DNA from: Eledone cirrhosa
Lineage: Eukaryota
Assembly: GCA_964016885.1 (NCBI GenBank)
Contig: OZ024749.1
Span: forward strand, 16,554,001 to 16,618,000
Reading direction: 5' to 3'
Length of the DNA: 64,000 nucleotides
Position 1 is the first letter of the stretch, and each line of letters opens with the position of its first letter. The notes under the pieces were generated by a model. It ran no database searches and was not told where the DNA came from. It was given only the letters and a program-made list of their open reading frames with translations. A program made the position numbers and the translations under genes. Below, in pieces: positions 1-12,766 of the stretch.

Positions 1-420
1 TTCTGTAGGTTCTCACATTCTTGTACTTTTATTTTTCGTTAAGTTTTTGTGAGCAGGTACTAGAGGTACCAAATGTTCTCCAGCCCAGGACCCTAATAGC
101 TTTAAATCCAGGCCTGTCTTTTGGAGTCCTGTTTTAGAGGTTGGTAAATTGTGTAGACTCTCATATTCATGTACTTCTATTTTCATGGTTTCCTGTGAGC
201 AAGGGCTGTGGGCCCCAAATGTTTTTTAATCCAAGGCCTCTCGTTACTTTAATCCCGGCATGTCTTTAGGTGTCCTAGTTTTAAAGGTCGGTGTGGATGG
301 ATGCTGAAATTTCGACATCGTTCTATGTGTAGGCAAACATTTGTGTACGCTTAGCTTTCGTTAAGCTTCTGGTAAGCAGCTGCTAGGGGGTCCCAAATGA
401 TCTTTAGCCCAAGACCCTAG
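1..420. repeat. Degenerate ~150-bp tandem repeat (two units plus a partial third)
   Basis: Blocks such as tgtgagca..ccaaatg..ccaag/ccagg and tttaa..cc.ggc.tgtcttt..gtcct recur near 1-148, 149-293 and partly 357-420. Confidence 0.55.
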
Positions 421-1164
421 TTCCTTCCTCTTCTTCATTCACTTGTCTCTTCTCCTTCAGTCTCTTCTTCTCCTTCTTCTTCTCCTTCACTTTCTTCTTC
501 TCATTTTCCTTCTCCTAATTATCTAAACTGTGGTTAAGATTGTCGAGTGGAAAGCCGACACAATGCTAGTAGTTTGGGGCAGAATCCTCAGACAAGCACT
601 ACAGAGGGTTCTATCAGAAGCATCAGTCTCCAATTGATCCAGGTAGATCCCCATGCGGGAGAAACCGAACCGAGCTCATACTGTCCATATATGTTTTACA
701 ATAGATTACCAAAAATGTATCTAACCTTCCTCCTTCACATCCAACTGAAGCTCTGTCTTCAGTTTTCTTTGTTTAATAATTTATTTGGTCATTAGATCAT
801 TACGAAACCTGGAAAGCTTCAATGGGGTACATAATATGTACCGAGAAAGGACCTGGTACTCAGATCAGACCGAAGAAACAATATTTCGATTGGTCTTTCC
901 ATTGTTGATGATATTTGCTGCTCACAATACCTAACATCACTAACAAACTATCAGAAATCACCGGTGGTTCTCCGATACAAAACTTTATTTTAAGATGTAT
1001 ATATTTGTCTCAAAACATTCCATTGTTTTATATAAGAATTTTTATTAAGTTACGTTCCAAACATCTACTTAATGATAAGAAAATTGGCTATATTACTAAA
1101 TTCCTTCAAATTCTCGATCATTTGCAAAATTATTTGAAAATATATTTCTATAGAAATATCTTGG

Positions 1165-1348
1165 TGCTGTTGACAGTACTGTGAACTGTACCACACTGTG
1201 GTACCTATTTACAGCTAGGTGGACTGGACATAATTCAGTGTAGTATACCACACTGTGGAACCTACTTACAGCTAGCTGGACTGAGCTGTTGACACAGTAA
1301 AGTGGACTATACCATACTGTGGTACCTACTTACAGCTAGCTGGACTGT
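1165..1348. repeat. Three tandem ~60-bp units containing taccacactgtggtacctatttacagctaggtggactg
   Basis: Three near-identical copies of the motif starting near 1188, 1246 and 1309. Confidence 0.75.
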
Positions 1349-2059
1349 TTTGTGATTGCTATAATATATACAATATAATGTTTGTGTTAACTAGAGAAAT
1401 CTCTAATTATGGTGTAGTCGTGATACGATCTGAAGAATAAGCGGAAATATTTTGGTAAGGTTACTGCAAAGAACTGGGTTGTCTTCGTGACAAAAACTTT
1501 GGTATCTCTGTATCTTGATGTGAGGAGGGGGAGTATGTGTGTGTACGTATCAGTGTGTACGTATACGTGTGTGTGAATGTGCATGTGTAAGTGTGCACGT
1601 GTGAATGTGTGCGTGTATGTGTGTGTCATTGTGGCACCTTGAAAATGTCAGCGTTGAGGTGAGATTGTTACGAGCAGACGTGCGCACGCAGATACACATC
1701 GACATACACACGTACACACACACACACATATATACACAATATATATAAACGCACACATGCACGCACTCGTGCATACACACAGACATACACATATATACAC
1801 GCAGTGACATATATATGTGTGTGCACTCAAATATTTTGACAAACACGCATACGTACACAGGTAGATACACCGTGCGTACACACACACACGCGCGCGCGCT
1901 CGCGCGGCACTGAGTGATCCTTTTGGTGGTTGCTCAAGCTGCTAGGAATAGCAGCCAAATTTCCTCCAAAAAAGATAAATTTGAATATTGTAGACCTAAG
2001 TTACTTGTGCATAGAAAACAAAAGACCAGATGGCCACATCTGGAACGTCTTAAGTCATT

Positions 2060-2270
2060 GGTTTTCACACTAGTTGCTGTTGAGACTTCAGGTGTCCTAG
2101 TTCACCGAACTGCCGGAATAATGGCGGCTCGCCTAAGAAAGGAGCCCCGTGATGTGGAATGGCTGTTGCAGCGAGTGTCGCTGGCCGTTCTCCATTACAA
2201 GGCCATCGCCATTTTGTCCGCAGTAAGCTGCTGAAAAATACCACTCAGACTGGGTGTAGAGTCTGTCACA
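2060..2270 (+). mobile_element. 3' fragment of a CRE-like non-LTR retrotransposon (restriction-like endonuclease C-terminus)
   Basis: Peptide FTLVAVETSGV...VEWLLQRVSLAVLHYKAIAILSA resembles the F.P.AVET.G...L.QR.S.A...NA..IL tail of CRE-clade elements. Confidence 0.5.
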
Positions 2271-2370
2271 CCTTCTCCATCTCTTCCCTTCCTTTCATTG
2301 TTTAATTTCGTATTTTCTTTTTCTTCTATTCTTCATTTCCTTATTACTTTATACAAATATTTCTGTAAAT

Positions 2371-2560
2371 AATTGTTTCTACTTTAGGCACAAGGCCAGC
2401 AATTTGAAGGGGAGGGGAAAGTCGATTAAATCGACCCCAGTGCATTACTGGTACTTTATTCATCGACCCGGTAATGATGAAAGGCAAAGCTAAGCTCGGC
2501 AGGATTTGAACTCAGAACATAAATGGTCATAACTCTATGCTATGAAGCATGGTGTCCGTG
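2371..2560 (-). mobile_element. tRNA-derived SINE, family 1 (octopus OK-like)
   Basis: Minus strand has B-box gttcaaatcc, body tttgcctttcatc..ggtcgat..aaagtaccagt and tail ggccttgtgcctaaagtagaaac; many copies in the window. Confidence 0.8.
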
Positions 2561-2939
2561 AATAATGTTTGATTCAATCTGATCTCACCAGGGGTTAAAT
2601 AACAATGGTTTCGAATTTAGGCACAAGGACAAGAATATGAGTAAGGGGGGTCGTTTATATTGGCCCCCAGTACTTGTCTAACTGCAGCATCCTCACCACC
2701 AACACTGACACCAACACCAACACCACTAAACCCATCACTACAACTTCTATAACACCACCACAGCCATCATCACCGCCACGACCAACACCACCACCCCACC
2801 CCCCGTCTACTATCCTGCCCTACACAGATGTAAGCAGGGTGGTAGATGTGGGTGGAGATGGCACCCAATCTGTTTGTTCTTTTGTCAAAGAATTCCGTCC
2901 GAAAAGAAAGTTTGTATTTACAAAGATGAAAGAAAAGTG

Positions 2940-4110
2940 CGGCGAGAGAAGAGGAGAGATGGAGAGAGAGAGATGGAGAGAGATGGGGAGAGAGAGGTGG
3001 GAGAAAAGAGAAATTTGTGGAGAGGGTGGGCGAGAGAGAGAAAAAGAAATTGGTAAAAAGTGGGAGAGAAAGGTTGGGAGAAATTTGTTGAGAGAGAGAG
3101 GAAGAGAGAGACGTAGAGTGAGGGAGAGAGAGACGTAGAGAGAGAGGGAGAGACGTAGAGAGAGGGGGATAGAGAGACGTAGAGAGAAAGGGGGATAGGG
3201 AGAGACGTAGAGAGAAAGGGGGATAGGGAGTGACGTAGAGAGAAAGGGGGACGTAGATAGAGAGAAGGAGAGTTGTAGAAAGAGAAGGGGAGAGACGTAG
3301 AGAGAGAGTTGGAAATAATATAAAGGTAGAGTGAGATACAGTGGCAGGTGAAAGAGACGTAGAAAGAGAGTATGAGATAACATATATACAGAGAGAAGTG
3401 GTGTAGAGAGAGAGAGGGGAGGTATATATATATACAGAGAGAGGTAGTATAGAGAGAGAGGAGAGGTATATATATACAGAGAGGGGGGCTATATATAGAG
3501 AAAGAGGAGGTGTATATATACAGAGAGAGGTGGTATAGAGAGAGAGTGGGAGGTATAGAGAAATAGAGAACCAACGAGAAAGCAAGGAGTGAGAGGGGCT
3601 AGAGATGGAGAAGGAGGAGAGAAAGGAAGAGGGGAAAGTGGAAGGGAGGGAGAGAGGAAGAACGAGAGGTAAATCAATTAATGAAAAAGATGAGGAAGGG
3701 GAAAACAAAAAAGGAAACATAGATAAATGTATGGATGGATGAAATAGAGGGGGAGGGAGGGAGAGAGAGAATGGGGTAGATGGATAGACATATAGACAGA
3801 CAGGCAGATAGATAAATAGATAGAAAAAGAGAGAGAGAGGGAGGTAAACAGATAGATAGATAGATGTGTGGGTGGGTGGATGTATGGATAAACAGAAAGA
3901 GAAGAGGAGAGGTAGAGGAGTAGGCAGAGGAGATAGTAAAGTGAGAAGATTAAAGAGAAAGAGGCAAAGAATAATTAGAGAGTGTCAGCGGAGTGGAATA
4001 CAACAACAACAACAACAACAACAACCACAACAACAACCACAACAACAACAGAAACAACTACAACAAGAACAACATTAACAGTAGTAGCAGCAACAGTAAC
4101 GACAATGCAT
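2940..4110. repeat. GA-rich low-complexity tract followed by (CAA)n
   Basis: Purine-rich gagaga/gacgtagagagag units, then caa triplets. Confidence 0.85.
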
Positions 4111-4305
4111 TAGAAGTAGTAGAAATGAAATAGATAAGGAAAGATAAGTAGAATAAGAAATTGCTTGATAGCAGACGATCAACAACGCGAAATGGCGGCC
4201 TCTTCAACAAAAATAGTTTTGCGGTCTTCTCGGATTTCCTAGTAAATTTCTTGTTCTTTTTATCTTTTTAGTTGTTTTTTTTTTGTCCAGAAAAAACAAA
4301 CAATG

Positions 4306-4347
<42 letters not shown>

Positions 4348-4582
4348 AAAATGGAACGGGAACAAAACAGAGAGGCAGTAGAAACAAAGGTTTATTAGTT
4401 TCACGCTCTTATATATATATATATAATACAAACACACTTTATACATATACACACATATGTATATATACATACACACACACATATGTATATATACATACAC
4501 ACACACATATGTATATATACACACACACATATATATATATACATACATACACACATATATATATATATATATATACATACAT

Positions 4583-4647
<65 letters not shown>

Positions 4648-4859
4648 TACACACACATATATATATATACATACACACACACATATATATACATACATAC
4701 ACACAGATACAATCATAAATACATACATACTTACACACACATACACACGCACATATCGACACGAAATCAAGAATTCGTTTGTAAGTATTTAAGCGATCTC
4801 CACACTTAAGCGTGTGAGTAGTTAGAGTGCGGTTTACAGGAGTAATTATGTAATTTGAT

Positions 4860-6075
4860 ACACATCACCACCACTACAACTACTTCCACCACCACTATAA
4901 CCGCAACCACTATTACCACCACCATCATCACCACAACCACTATTACAGACGCCACCATAACTACTATTACCGCCGCCAACACCTCCTACCGCCATCATCA
5001 CCAATACTATAACCACCACCATCATCATCACTATTACCACCACCACCACGACCGCTAACACCACCAACATCACCACCACCACCACCACCGTCATCACCAC
5101 CACCACAACCACAACCACTATTACCGCAGCCACCACCACCACCGCTAACACCACCACCGTCATCACCACCAACACTATAACCACCACCACCATCATCACC
5201 ACCATAACCACTATTACCGCCGCCACTACCACCACCGCTAACACCACCACCATCACCTCACTATAACCACCACCATCCCCAGCATAACCACTATCACCGC
5301 CGCCACCGTGACGACCAAAATAAAAACACCACCACCACTACCATAACCACTATTACCGCCACCATCAATAACACCACCACAACAACAACCATTACCAACA
5401 CCACCACCACAATCACTACCACTACCACCACCACTATCACCACAACAACTACCACTACTATCACCACTACCACCACTATCACCAACACCACCACCACCAT
5501 CACCACCACTATCACCACCACCATCAACACCACCATCAGCACCACAACAACCATTACCATTACCATCACCACTACCACCACCACTATCACCACCACCACC
5601 ACTATCACTACTATCACCAACACCACCACCACCACTATCACCACCACCAACACCACCACCACAACAACCATTACCATTACCACTATCAACAGCAGTACCA
5701 CCACCACTATCACCAGCACCACCATTATCACTACTATCACCAACACCATCACCACCACCATAACCCCTACCACCAGCACCACTATCACCACCACAACCAT
5801 TACCACCATCACCACCACCACAACTCCTATCACCACCACCACCATAACCACCACCATTACCATCAACCGCCGCCACTCACGCTATTATTACGTGCAATAC
5901 AATATTACTAGCAATCTCAACATCCAAATAACGATAATAATAATGGTAATGATATTATTAACAATGGCATTAAACATATCACAGACACAATAACACCTCC
6001 ACCACCACCTCTACTACTACCCACCACCACCACCTCTTCTACTACCTGCCACCACCACCAACCACTATCACCACT
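4860..6075. repeat. Degenerate (CAC/CCA)n trinucleotide tract
   Basis: About 1.2 kb of accacc/atcacc triplets; accounts for the poly-V, poly-G and poly-T ORFs. Confidence 0.9.
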
Positions 6076-6146
6076 TATTCCTTTCATCTCTGTAACTGAT
6101 CCAAAATGAGAGTGTGTCTGCTCACAGACACACTCTCCCATTTTTT

Positions 6147-6223
<77 letters not shown>

Positions 6224-6226
<3 letters not shown>

Positions 6227-6785
6227 TGTTATACTTTGGGAGGGTCATGTTGTTAATAAGAAACACACGCACCAGTTGCTTTCACTTCAATTTATTATAA
6301 TCAATTTATAAATTTAGGAATTTATAAATTTCCGGTTGGTTGGTTGGTTCCACAACCAGATGGTTGTTTATATATTGTCAAAGTTCTTTCGTCACACATT
6401 CTGTGACCTCTTCAGTGACTGGGGATTCTTTTCTTTGTTTTTTGTTTGTTGTGCCTCTCCTTTGAAACACAAAAACAAGATGGCGTAGGACAGAACAAAG
6501 AAGAGGCACAAAAAACAAAGAAAAGAATCCCCAGTCACTGAAGAGGTCACAGAATGTGTGACGAAAGAACTTTGACAATATATAAACAACCATCTGGTTG
6601 TGGAACCAACCAACCGGAAATTTATAAATTCCTAAATTTATAAATTTATTATAATAAATTGAAATGAAAGCAACTGGTGCGTGTGTTTCTTATTGGCAAC
6701 ATGACCCTCCCAAAGTATAACAATATCGGTTTCAACACACGTTTTCAGATAAAGAATCTTGCTAAACAAATTCAGAAACGAAATA
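6224..6785 (+). mobile_element. Non-coding fold-back element, family C (Penelope pLTR-like, hammerhead-like motif)
   Basis: 6224-6464 is the reverse complement of ~6495-6726; the + arm has ~55 extra nt; (TA)n flanks; further copies at 39567-39811 and 57121-57375. Confidence 0.75.
6534..6576 (+). ncRNA. Minimal type I hammerhead-like motif, family C (inverted copy 6377-6419; also ~57271-57313)
   Basis: gtca CTGAAGA g gtcaca-gaatg-tgtgac GAAA gaac TT tgac; helix I gtca/tgac; one extra G before helix II. Confidence 0.55.
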
Positions 6786-6849
6786 TATATATATATATAT
6801 ATACTCGTTTGTGGACTTTTGCAACAAGAAATAAAGTGTCATGATCAGT

Positions 6850-6962
6850 GTACTTTATTTTATCGACCCCAGAAGGATGTAAGAAGCTAACCTCGGCTGG
6901 ATTCGATCGATCTCAGAACATTAGAACGTAAAGGGCCATAACTATATGCCACAATCATGGTG
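6850..6962 (-). mobile_element. SINE family 1 fragment
   Basis: gtactttattttatcgacccc..ggat..aacctcggc..ctcagaac matches other copies. Confidence 0.65.
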
Positions 6963-7421
6963 TATATAATGGATGGCGTTAATAAATACACGGAATAAAT
7001 ACGGAACCACTTGAAGCATTTTGCAACGACTCTCCAATTGATTGAAGCAGACGATAACTACGATCTGTAACAAATATCTTTTGTGCTGTAAAACTAGTTT
7101 CATGAGAACAAAAAGTTGTTTAAGTACAACGTACAGCTGTATTTAGACGGAAAGTTGAATCAACTGCCAACCTCAATAAATTCTATATCATCTTTGTAGA
7201 AAACATTTTATCAATGAAGGATCGTTTTGAATCGATCTTAAACCATTCACACCTGTTGCAAACATATTGTAATTACTTCTATTAATAATAAACTGTTCTG
7301 AATATAGATACCATTGAATAATGGCTAATATAACACATACGCGCGCGCGTTAAATTAACCATTCAATGCCAACGTATGTATATATAAATATATATATATA
7401 TATACATACGCACACGCACAC

Positions 7422-7494
<73 letters not shown>

Positions 7495-7609
7495 GTGTGT
7501 GTGTGTATATATATATGTGTGTGTGTTTGTGTGTGTACACATCAGGAAGCCCTGATGATTTCCCCCGAATGAAACAGTTCTAGTCCTGTAGAAGCCATTT
7601 CTATATTAA

Positions 7610-7699
<90 letters not shown>

Positions 7700-7749
7700 G
7701 AAAAGTATAGAAATTATTGTGAGCAAGAAGCCAACAATATTTCATAATA

Positions 7750-8158
7750 TATATATATATATTATTCAAAATAAAAATATATGTTTTATTATATATATTT
7801 CGAAGGAACTGTGCTGTTTTTTCAGTACGTCCTCGTCAGATAAAATACATGAATTGATGTATGACATACCTCAACTGTCTTGATGGTTCAATTCCAGTAT
7901 TGGCAGTGATTTATTACAACAAATCTCAACATTTATATACCACAAATAATTACATGATAAACTTAAATATAATGAAGAAGAGGATGTGGAGCGAGATATA
8001 AGTATAAGGAGGGGGTGAGTATGAGGAATTGCAAGAAGAAATAAACACCTACATACATAAATATTTAAATGCGCAAGTATACGTGTTAGGGAAGGAAAAG
8101 GAAGAGAGAGAAATAGATAGAAGAGAGAAGAAAGAAGAGAAGAGAGAAGAAGGAGAGA

Positions 8159-8243
<85 letters not shown>

Positions 8244-8891
8244 AGAAGGAGAGAGAGATAGAAGAGAGAAGAAGGAGAGAGAGAGATAGAAGAGAGAAGA
8301 AAGACGTAACTGCAAAAAGGAAAGAAAGAAAGAAGAAAGAAAGAGAAATGATGCGTGACCGTTGTTTTCAAATATTAAGTCAAATAGAAGCGACCTTGAA
8401 ATTTTTTTTTTTATATATTTTGTATTTGGTTATGTTTGGTTATACTAATATATTATATCAAAATTAAACAATATAAAAATATTTTCTATAATAATCAGAA
8501 GCATAGTTTAATTAATATATTTACTAAATATTTTGTTACAAAATTCAAAAACATTTTTATCTATAAAGCAAGTTTAAATACATATTAAATATTACATATG
8601 TATAAGGATATTTACTACAGCTTATGCACCATCAGTATATGCATTTTATATAATGTTAAGAATTATTATCTGAATTATTCTATTTTCATTATAAAAACAT
8701 TTTAATTCATTTGTTGTCATTTTCTTACAGGAATAATAAGTAGTTATATTTACTCTTCAAAGTATTATTATTTCGATTTTACTTCTGTAATTACATCTTA
8801 ATATAACTCCAGAAAACATCTTTGTAGAGTGCTTTTAATCTATTGTAAAACTATATTCATTGAGTAATCAATGGACCATATTAATCTTTGG

Positions 8892-8893
<2 letters not shown>
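7750..8893. mobile_element. Penelope pLTR-like element, family B: inverted arm from ~7750 and + strand 3' tail at 8795-8893
   Basis: 7780-7900 matches 23010-23128 and 58750-58875; 8795-8893 is the reverse complement of ~58606-58700. Confidence 0.55.
7782..7847 (-). ncRNA. Minimal type I hammerhead ribozyme, family B
   Basis: Reverse complement tattttat CTGACGA ggacgtactg..cagttccttc GAAA tatata TA ataaaaca. Confidence 0.7.
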
Positions 8894-8944
<51 letters not shown>

Positions 8945-9004
8945 TTATAGGGTAAAATGACGGAAGTCCGCATGAGTTGTATTCCTTTAGATTTTATTAG
9001 TGCA

Positions 9005-9064
9005 AACAGTATGCACATTTCAGTGGCCAGGTTACGTATGAACCCGGTGACATCGTCAGGTGTA
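9005..9064 (-). ncRNA. Degenerate minimal hammerhead motif, family H
   Basis: Reverse complement acac CTGACGA tgtcaccgggtt-catacgt-aacctggccact GAAA tgtgca TA ctgt; helix I is weak. Confidence 0.5.
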
Positions 9065-9236
9065 TAATATTACATAATGGATTACTTCGAGGAAAGACCA
9101 AACTTAATTGTATATATATATATATAGAAATATCCATGATCTCCAGTAGGCAACTGATAAAGGAAAATTATCCCCCGTTCATGCTTTCCCCTTATTTATA
9201 AATACACCTTATCCAGAAACTACACAGCCCCTGTTT

Positions 9237-9302
<66 letters not shown>

Positions 9303-9313
<11 letters not shown>

Positions 9314-10313
9314 CGTAAAATAAGAAAATTTTTAAAAAAAATTTAAAAAATTAACTTACTTACTAAAATTTTCACTCCAACTAATTAGTTTCTGCAATGG
9401 GATAAAGACAGTTACGTAATGAACTGTTGAGAATTTCATTGCATCATCAGGGAGGTCTATTCTCAGCCAAGTCTCCGGGCAATGCACGGACACTGGCGAC
9501 TCATATAAAAATAATAATAATTCGGTAAATGGAACAGCTATCGGGGACTGGATTCCAAGTACTGAAAATCTCGCTGCCACTGGTCAAATGGCCGATTCTA
9601 AAGAATCAATCACGTGACACTGAGGCTAGTCGGTAGGAGTGGGATGGTAAGATGACAGACGCCTACTAACACACCAAGAATTTAGTAGTGGTTTTGGCAG
9701 GTTTGCTCGACAAATCAGTGATTTGGAGATAAATATAGATAATTTAATATATCTACTAACATAAGCGCACAGATGTACGCCAATGCCAGCAAATACACAG
9801 GTTATTTCATACTACTAAATTTTTGGTGTGTTAGTAGGCGTCTGTCATCTTACCATCCCACTCCTACCGACTAGCCTCAGTGTCACGTGATTGATTCTTT
9901 AGAATCGGCCATTTGACCAGTGGCAGCGAGATTTTCAGTACTTGGAATCCAGTCCTCGATAGCTGTTCCATTTACCGAATTATTATTATTTTTATATGAG
10001 TCCCCAGTGTCCGCGCATTGCCTGGAGACTTGGCTGAGAATAGACCTCCCTGATGACGCAATGAAATTCTCAACAGTTCATTACGTAACTGTCGTCTTTA
10101 TCCCATTGCAGAAACTAATTAGTTGGAGTGAAAATTTTAGTAAGTAAGTTAATATTTAAAAAATTTTTTTTAATTTTCTTATTTTACGTCTTTTATATTA
10201 TTGTTCTGCATCCTCCTGCATTGAACCACCTAGGTACTATGACATAACCTGTGTATTTGCTGGCATTGGCGTACATCTGTGCGCTTATGTTAGTAGATAT
10301 ATTAAATTATCTA
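9303..10313. mobile_element. Non-coding fold-back element, family E, with circularly permuted arms
   Basis: 9303-9689 is inverted to 9811-10197 and 9735-9805 is inverted to 10244-10313; decayed hammerhead-like CTGATGA at 10050. Confidence 0.8.
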
Positions 10314-10689
10314 TCTATCTATCTATCTATATATATATATATATATAAGAGGGTGTTAAAGTTTGCTTGAAGCATTGTGAAATGTGTAAAATACGTATTT
10401 AAGAAAGCCACAACAATGCAAAGGGAAATCTCGAGGTAGGAAGTGAAATATAGATAGGAAAAACAGGTGAAAGTGAAAATTGAGAGAGACAAAGATGAAA
10501 ACAAAACAAAGGTAGAAGGGTTACCGTAGTAGAGATTTAATCCCAATATTTCGGGCTCACGCCCATCAACGGGGAAAAAGTTCCAAAAGGGGGGAAACAG
10601 GCCAAGCGGAGAAAGTTGTGATGTCGTTAAGACAGGAATGTATGTATATATATATATATATGTATCTATATATATATATCTAGGGCGGG

Positions 10690-10970
10690 TAAAATTCCCG
10701 AGATCCATGGACGAGTTCTCTCCAGCGGTCTCTGTCCCTTATTATCGCTGCCATGTCCTGCGTCTCCAACAGACCAGTGTTTGTCCTTAGGGCATCAATA
10801 CACGTTAACCTTGGTCTTCCTCTTCAAGAAGATACCTCACATTCATTCATCTTCGCCAGGATGGGGTTGATGTAATCAGACGGTGTTCAACGTTCAATTG
10901 GATGTTTCGAACCTCAACTGTAACCCCCTCTCGGTGCTGGAACAGCAGTGGCGGCCAAATTACTGCCCAC
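10690..10970 (-). mobile_element. RTE/RTE-X LINE C-terminal fragment
   Basis: Minus-strand translation GRPRLTCIDALRTNTGL..DMAAIIRDRDRWRELV fits the GRP...DR..WR tail of RTE-group ORFs. Confidence 0.55.
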
Positions 10971-11631
10971 CTTCGATATACATGTCTTATGGAAGGATAT
11001 GAGAAACAGTACTCAATACCGTAGTAGAGTTTAAATATTCATTTAATATAGCTAAGTAGTGAGCCTCGTTATTCTGGAATTTCACCTGCGCATTCACAGG
11101 ATCATAGTATAAATCTAAAAGTAAATGCTAGAGAATTGATAGCAGCGTTTCCAAAGAGGGTTCTGAGGAAATCCAGGCTTCCGGGAGATAGATGGTTTTT
11201 TTTATTTGTGTTTTGCTTTTCTTTTAATCTTTAAGTGTAACTGCAAGTCTTACTTCTCCATATCACAGATGTCCAAGAGCAAAGCAAAAGCGAATGTAAA
11301 TTGTCACCAGTGACATTGCAAACAAACGGAGCGGGGCGTGTAAAAAGGCGAAATAGATATGGCAAGGTATCACATCCAACGCTCTAACAATTTCACTAAA
11401 TCTAACGCTGACGTCTAATTGGTCTTTCATCCAGCGTGTAATTTGAGGAAGATTGAGTTGCTATCTCTAGCAGATAGAACGACCATATTATTATCTGGTT
11501 GCTTATTCCATCCTCATTAAAACCCGCTTGAAAACAACCATCTCTCCTCCACTACAGCATCTCTAGAGCCAACTTTGGAGTTTGTATGTTGTCGCTCCAC
11601 CGGGTAGGGATAGTAACTTAATCTCTTTCTC

Positions 11632-11760
11632 AAGAAGAAGAAGAAGAAGAAGAAGAAGAAGAAGAAGAAGAAGAAGAAGAAGAAGAAGAAGAAGAAGAAG
11701 AAAAAAAGATGAAAAAGAAAAAGAAAGAGAAAAAGAAAATGAAAAAAAAGAAGAAGACGA
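11632..11760. repeat. (AAG)n microsatellite
   Basis: Perfect aag run followed by an A-rich tract. Confidence 0.9.
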
Positions 11761-12039
11761 AATCGCCTATATTCATACCAGGATAAAGTACTCTTTCGTT
11801 CCCTACACATAGAAAACAAACAAACGGGATGGTCTCGGCTAGAATGTCTTTGCTCATAGGTATGCTAAAACAGGGTTGACCTAGGCCCAAACACTAAAGA
11901 AGCACGCATTAGATAATGTATTCCCAGATACACTATGCCTCAATAAAAGACATGGTGGTCATAGCTGGAACATCTTTGTCTATATGTTACCAACATCACC
12001 CACAAATAGCATTCTGTTTTAATGACAAAAAAATTACAA

Positions 12040-12340
12040 CAACTATATCTTGTAAAGGCTTCCATAGTTCATACATTCTTTCACAAAAGCAGGGAAATTG
12101 TATTTCGTCAAAATACCGGGAAAGTTGCCATAAATATATCTTATAGAGGCTTCCATAGTTTATACATTCTTTAAAAAAACTCTGAAGATATTACATTCCA
12201 CAGAAATACCAGGAAAATTGCCAAATATATATCTTGTAGAAGCTTCCATATGCTATGCATTCTTGAAACACGCATTCCGTTAAAATACTGAGAAAATTTG
12301 TAATAAATATATTCTGTATAACCTTCCATACTTTATACAT
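12040..12340. repeat. Degenerate ~90-bp tandem repeat (3-4 units)
   Basis: tatatcttgta.a.gcttccata...tacattctt recurs near 12043, 12135, 12228 and 12308. Confidence 0.65.
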
Positions 12341-12766
12341 GTTTTTTCTTTTACCTCTCTCTCTCACTCTCTCTCACACACACATACACACATACAAAGT
12401 GATAGCCTGTTGTTGCTCAAATATTGAAGCCGGTGTCAATATAGATTATTACTCGGTTTTGTATGCGTATGTACCTGTGTACCTGTATGTACCTGTGAGG
12501 GGGGGAAGGGGGTGTATAACAGTATAAGTCGGTGGAAATTGTTTTTAGGTCACACTTCTAAAGGGAAATAACTTCTCGATAGGGGACATAACTCAATGTG
12601 TACACATTGGATAATTAGAAAACGATAAAATGAATATACTAAGCTATCAATTTCACCATTACCGACATCATCATAGACATCAACATCACTAACACCAACT
12701 AACTAGAAAACCTTTACGCTAGAAATCACAGTCAAATCTCTTTAATGTAATATAACCTTAGACTCC

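Noticed and set aside
547-1160. Possible coding remnant; 861-935 resembles 50570-50644
   Set aside because: Probably an old dispersed repeat, but I could not assign a family or reading frame
4846-5876. Gly-rich and Val-rich ORFs
   Set aside because: Trinucleotide low-complexity sequence
7542-7612. Hammerhead-like CTGATGA tttc-cccc-gaat GAAA cag..ctg TA
   Set aside because: Helix III is plausible but no helix I pairing is visible; counted only as a decayed or truncated motif
9356-10147. Mirror-image 74/75-aa ORFs MAARFSVLG...
   Set aside because: Non-ATG starts inside inverted repeat arms with no recognisable domain
10540-10580. Minus-strand gggc-gtga-gccc GAAA hairpin resembling a hammerhead
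   Set aside because: The core reads CCGTTGA/TTGATGG and there is no clear UH site or helix I
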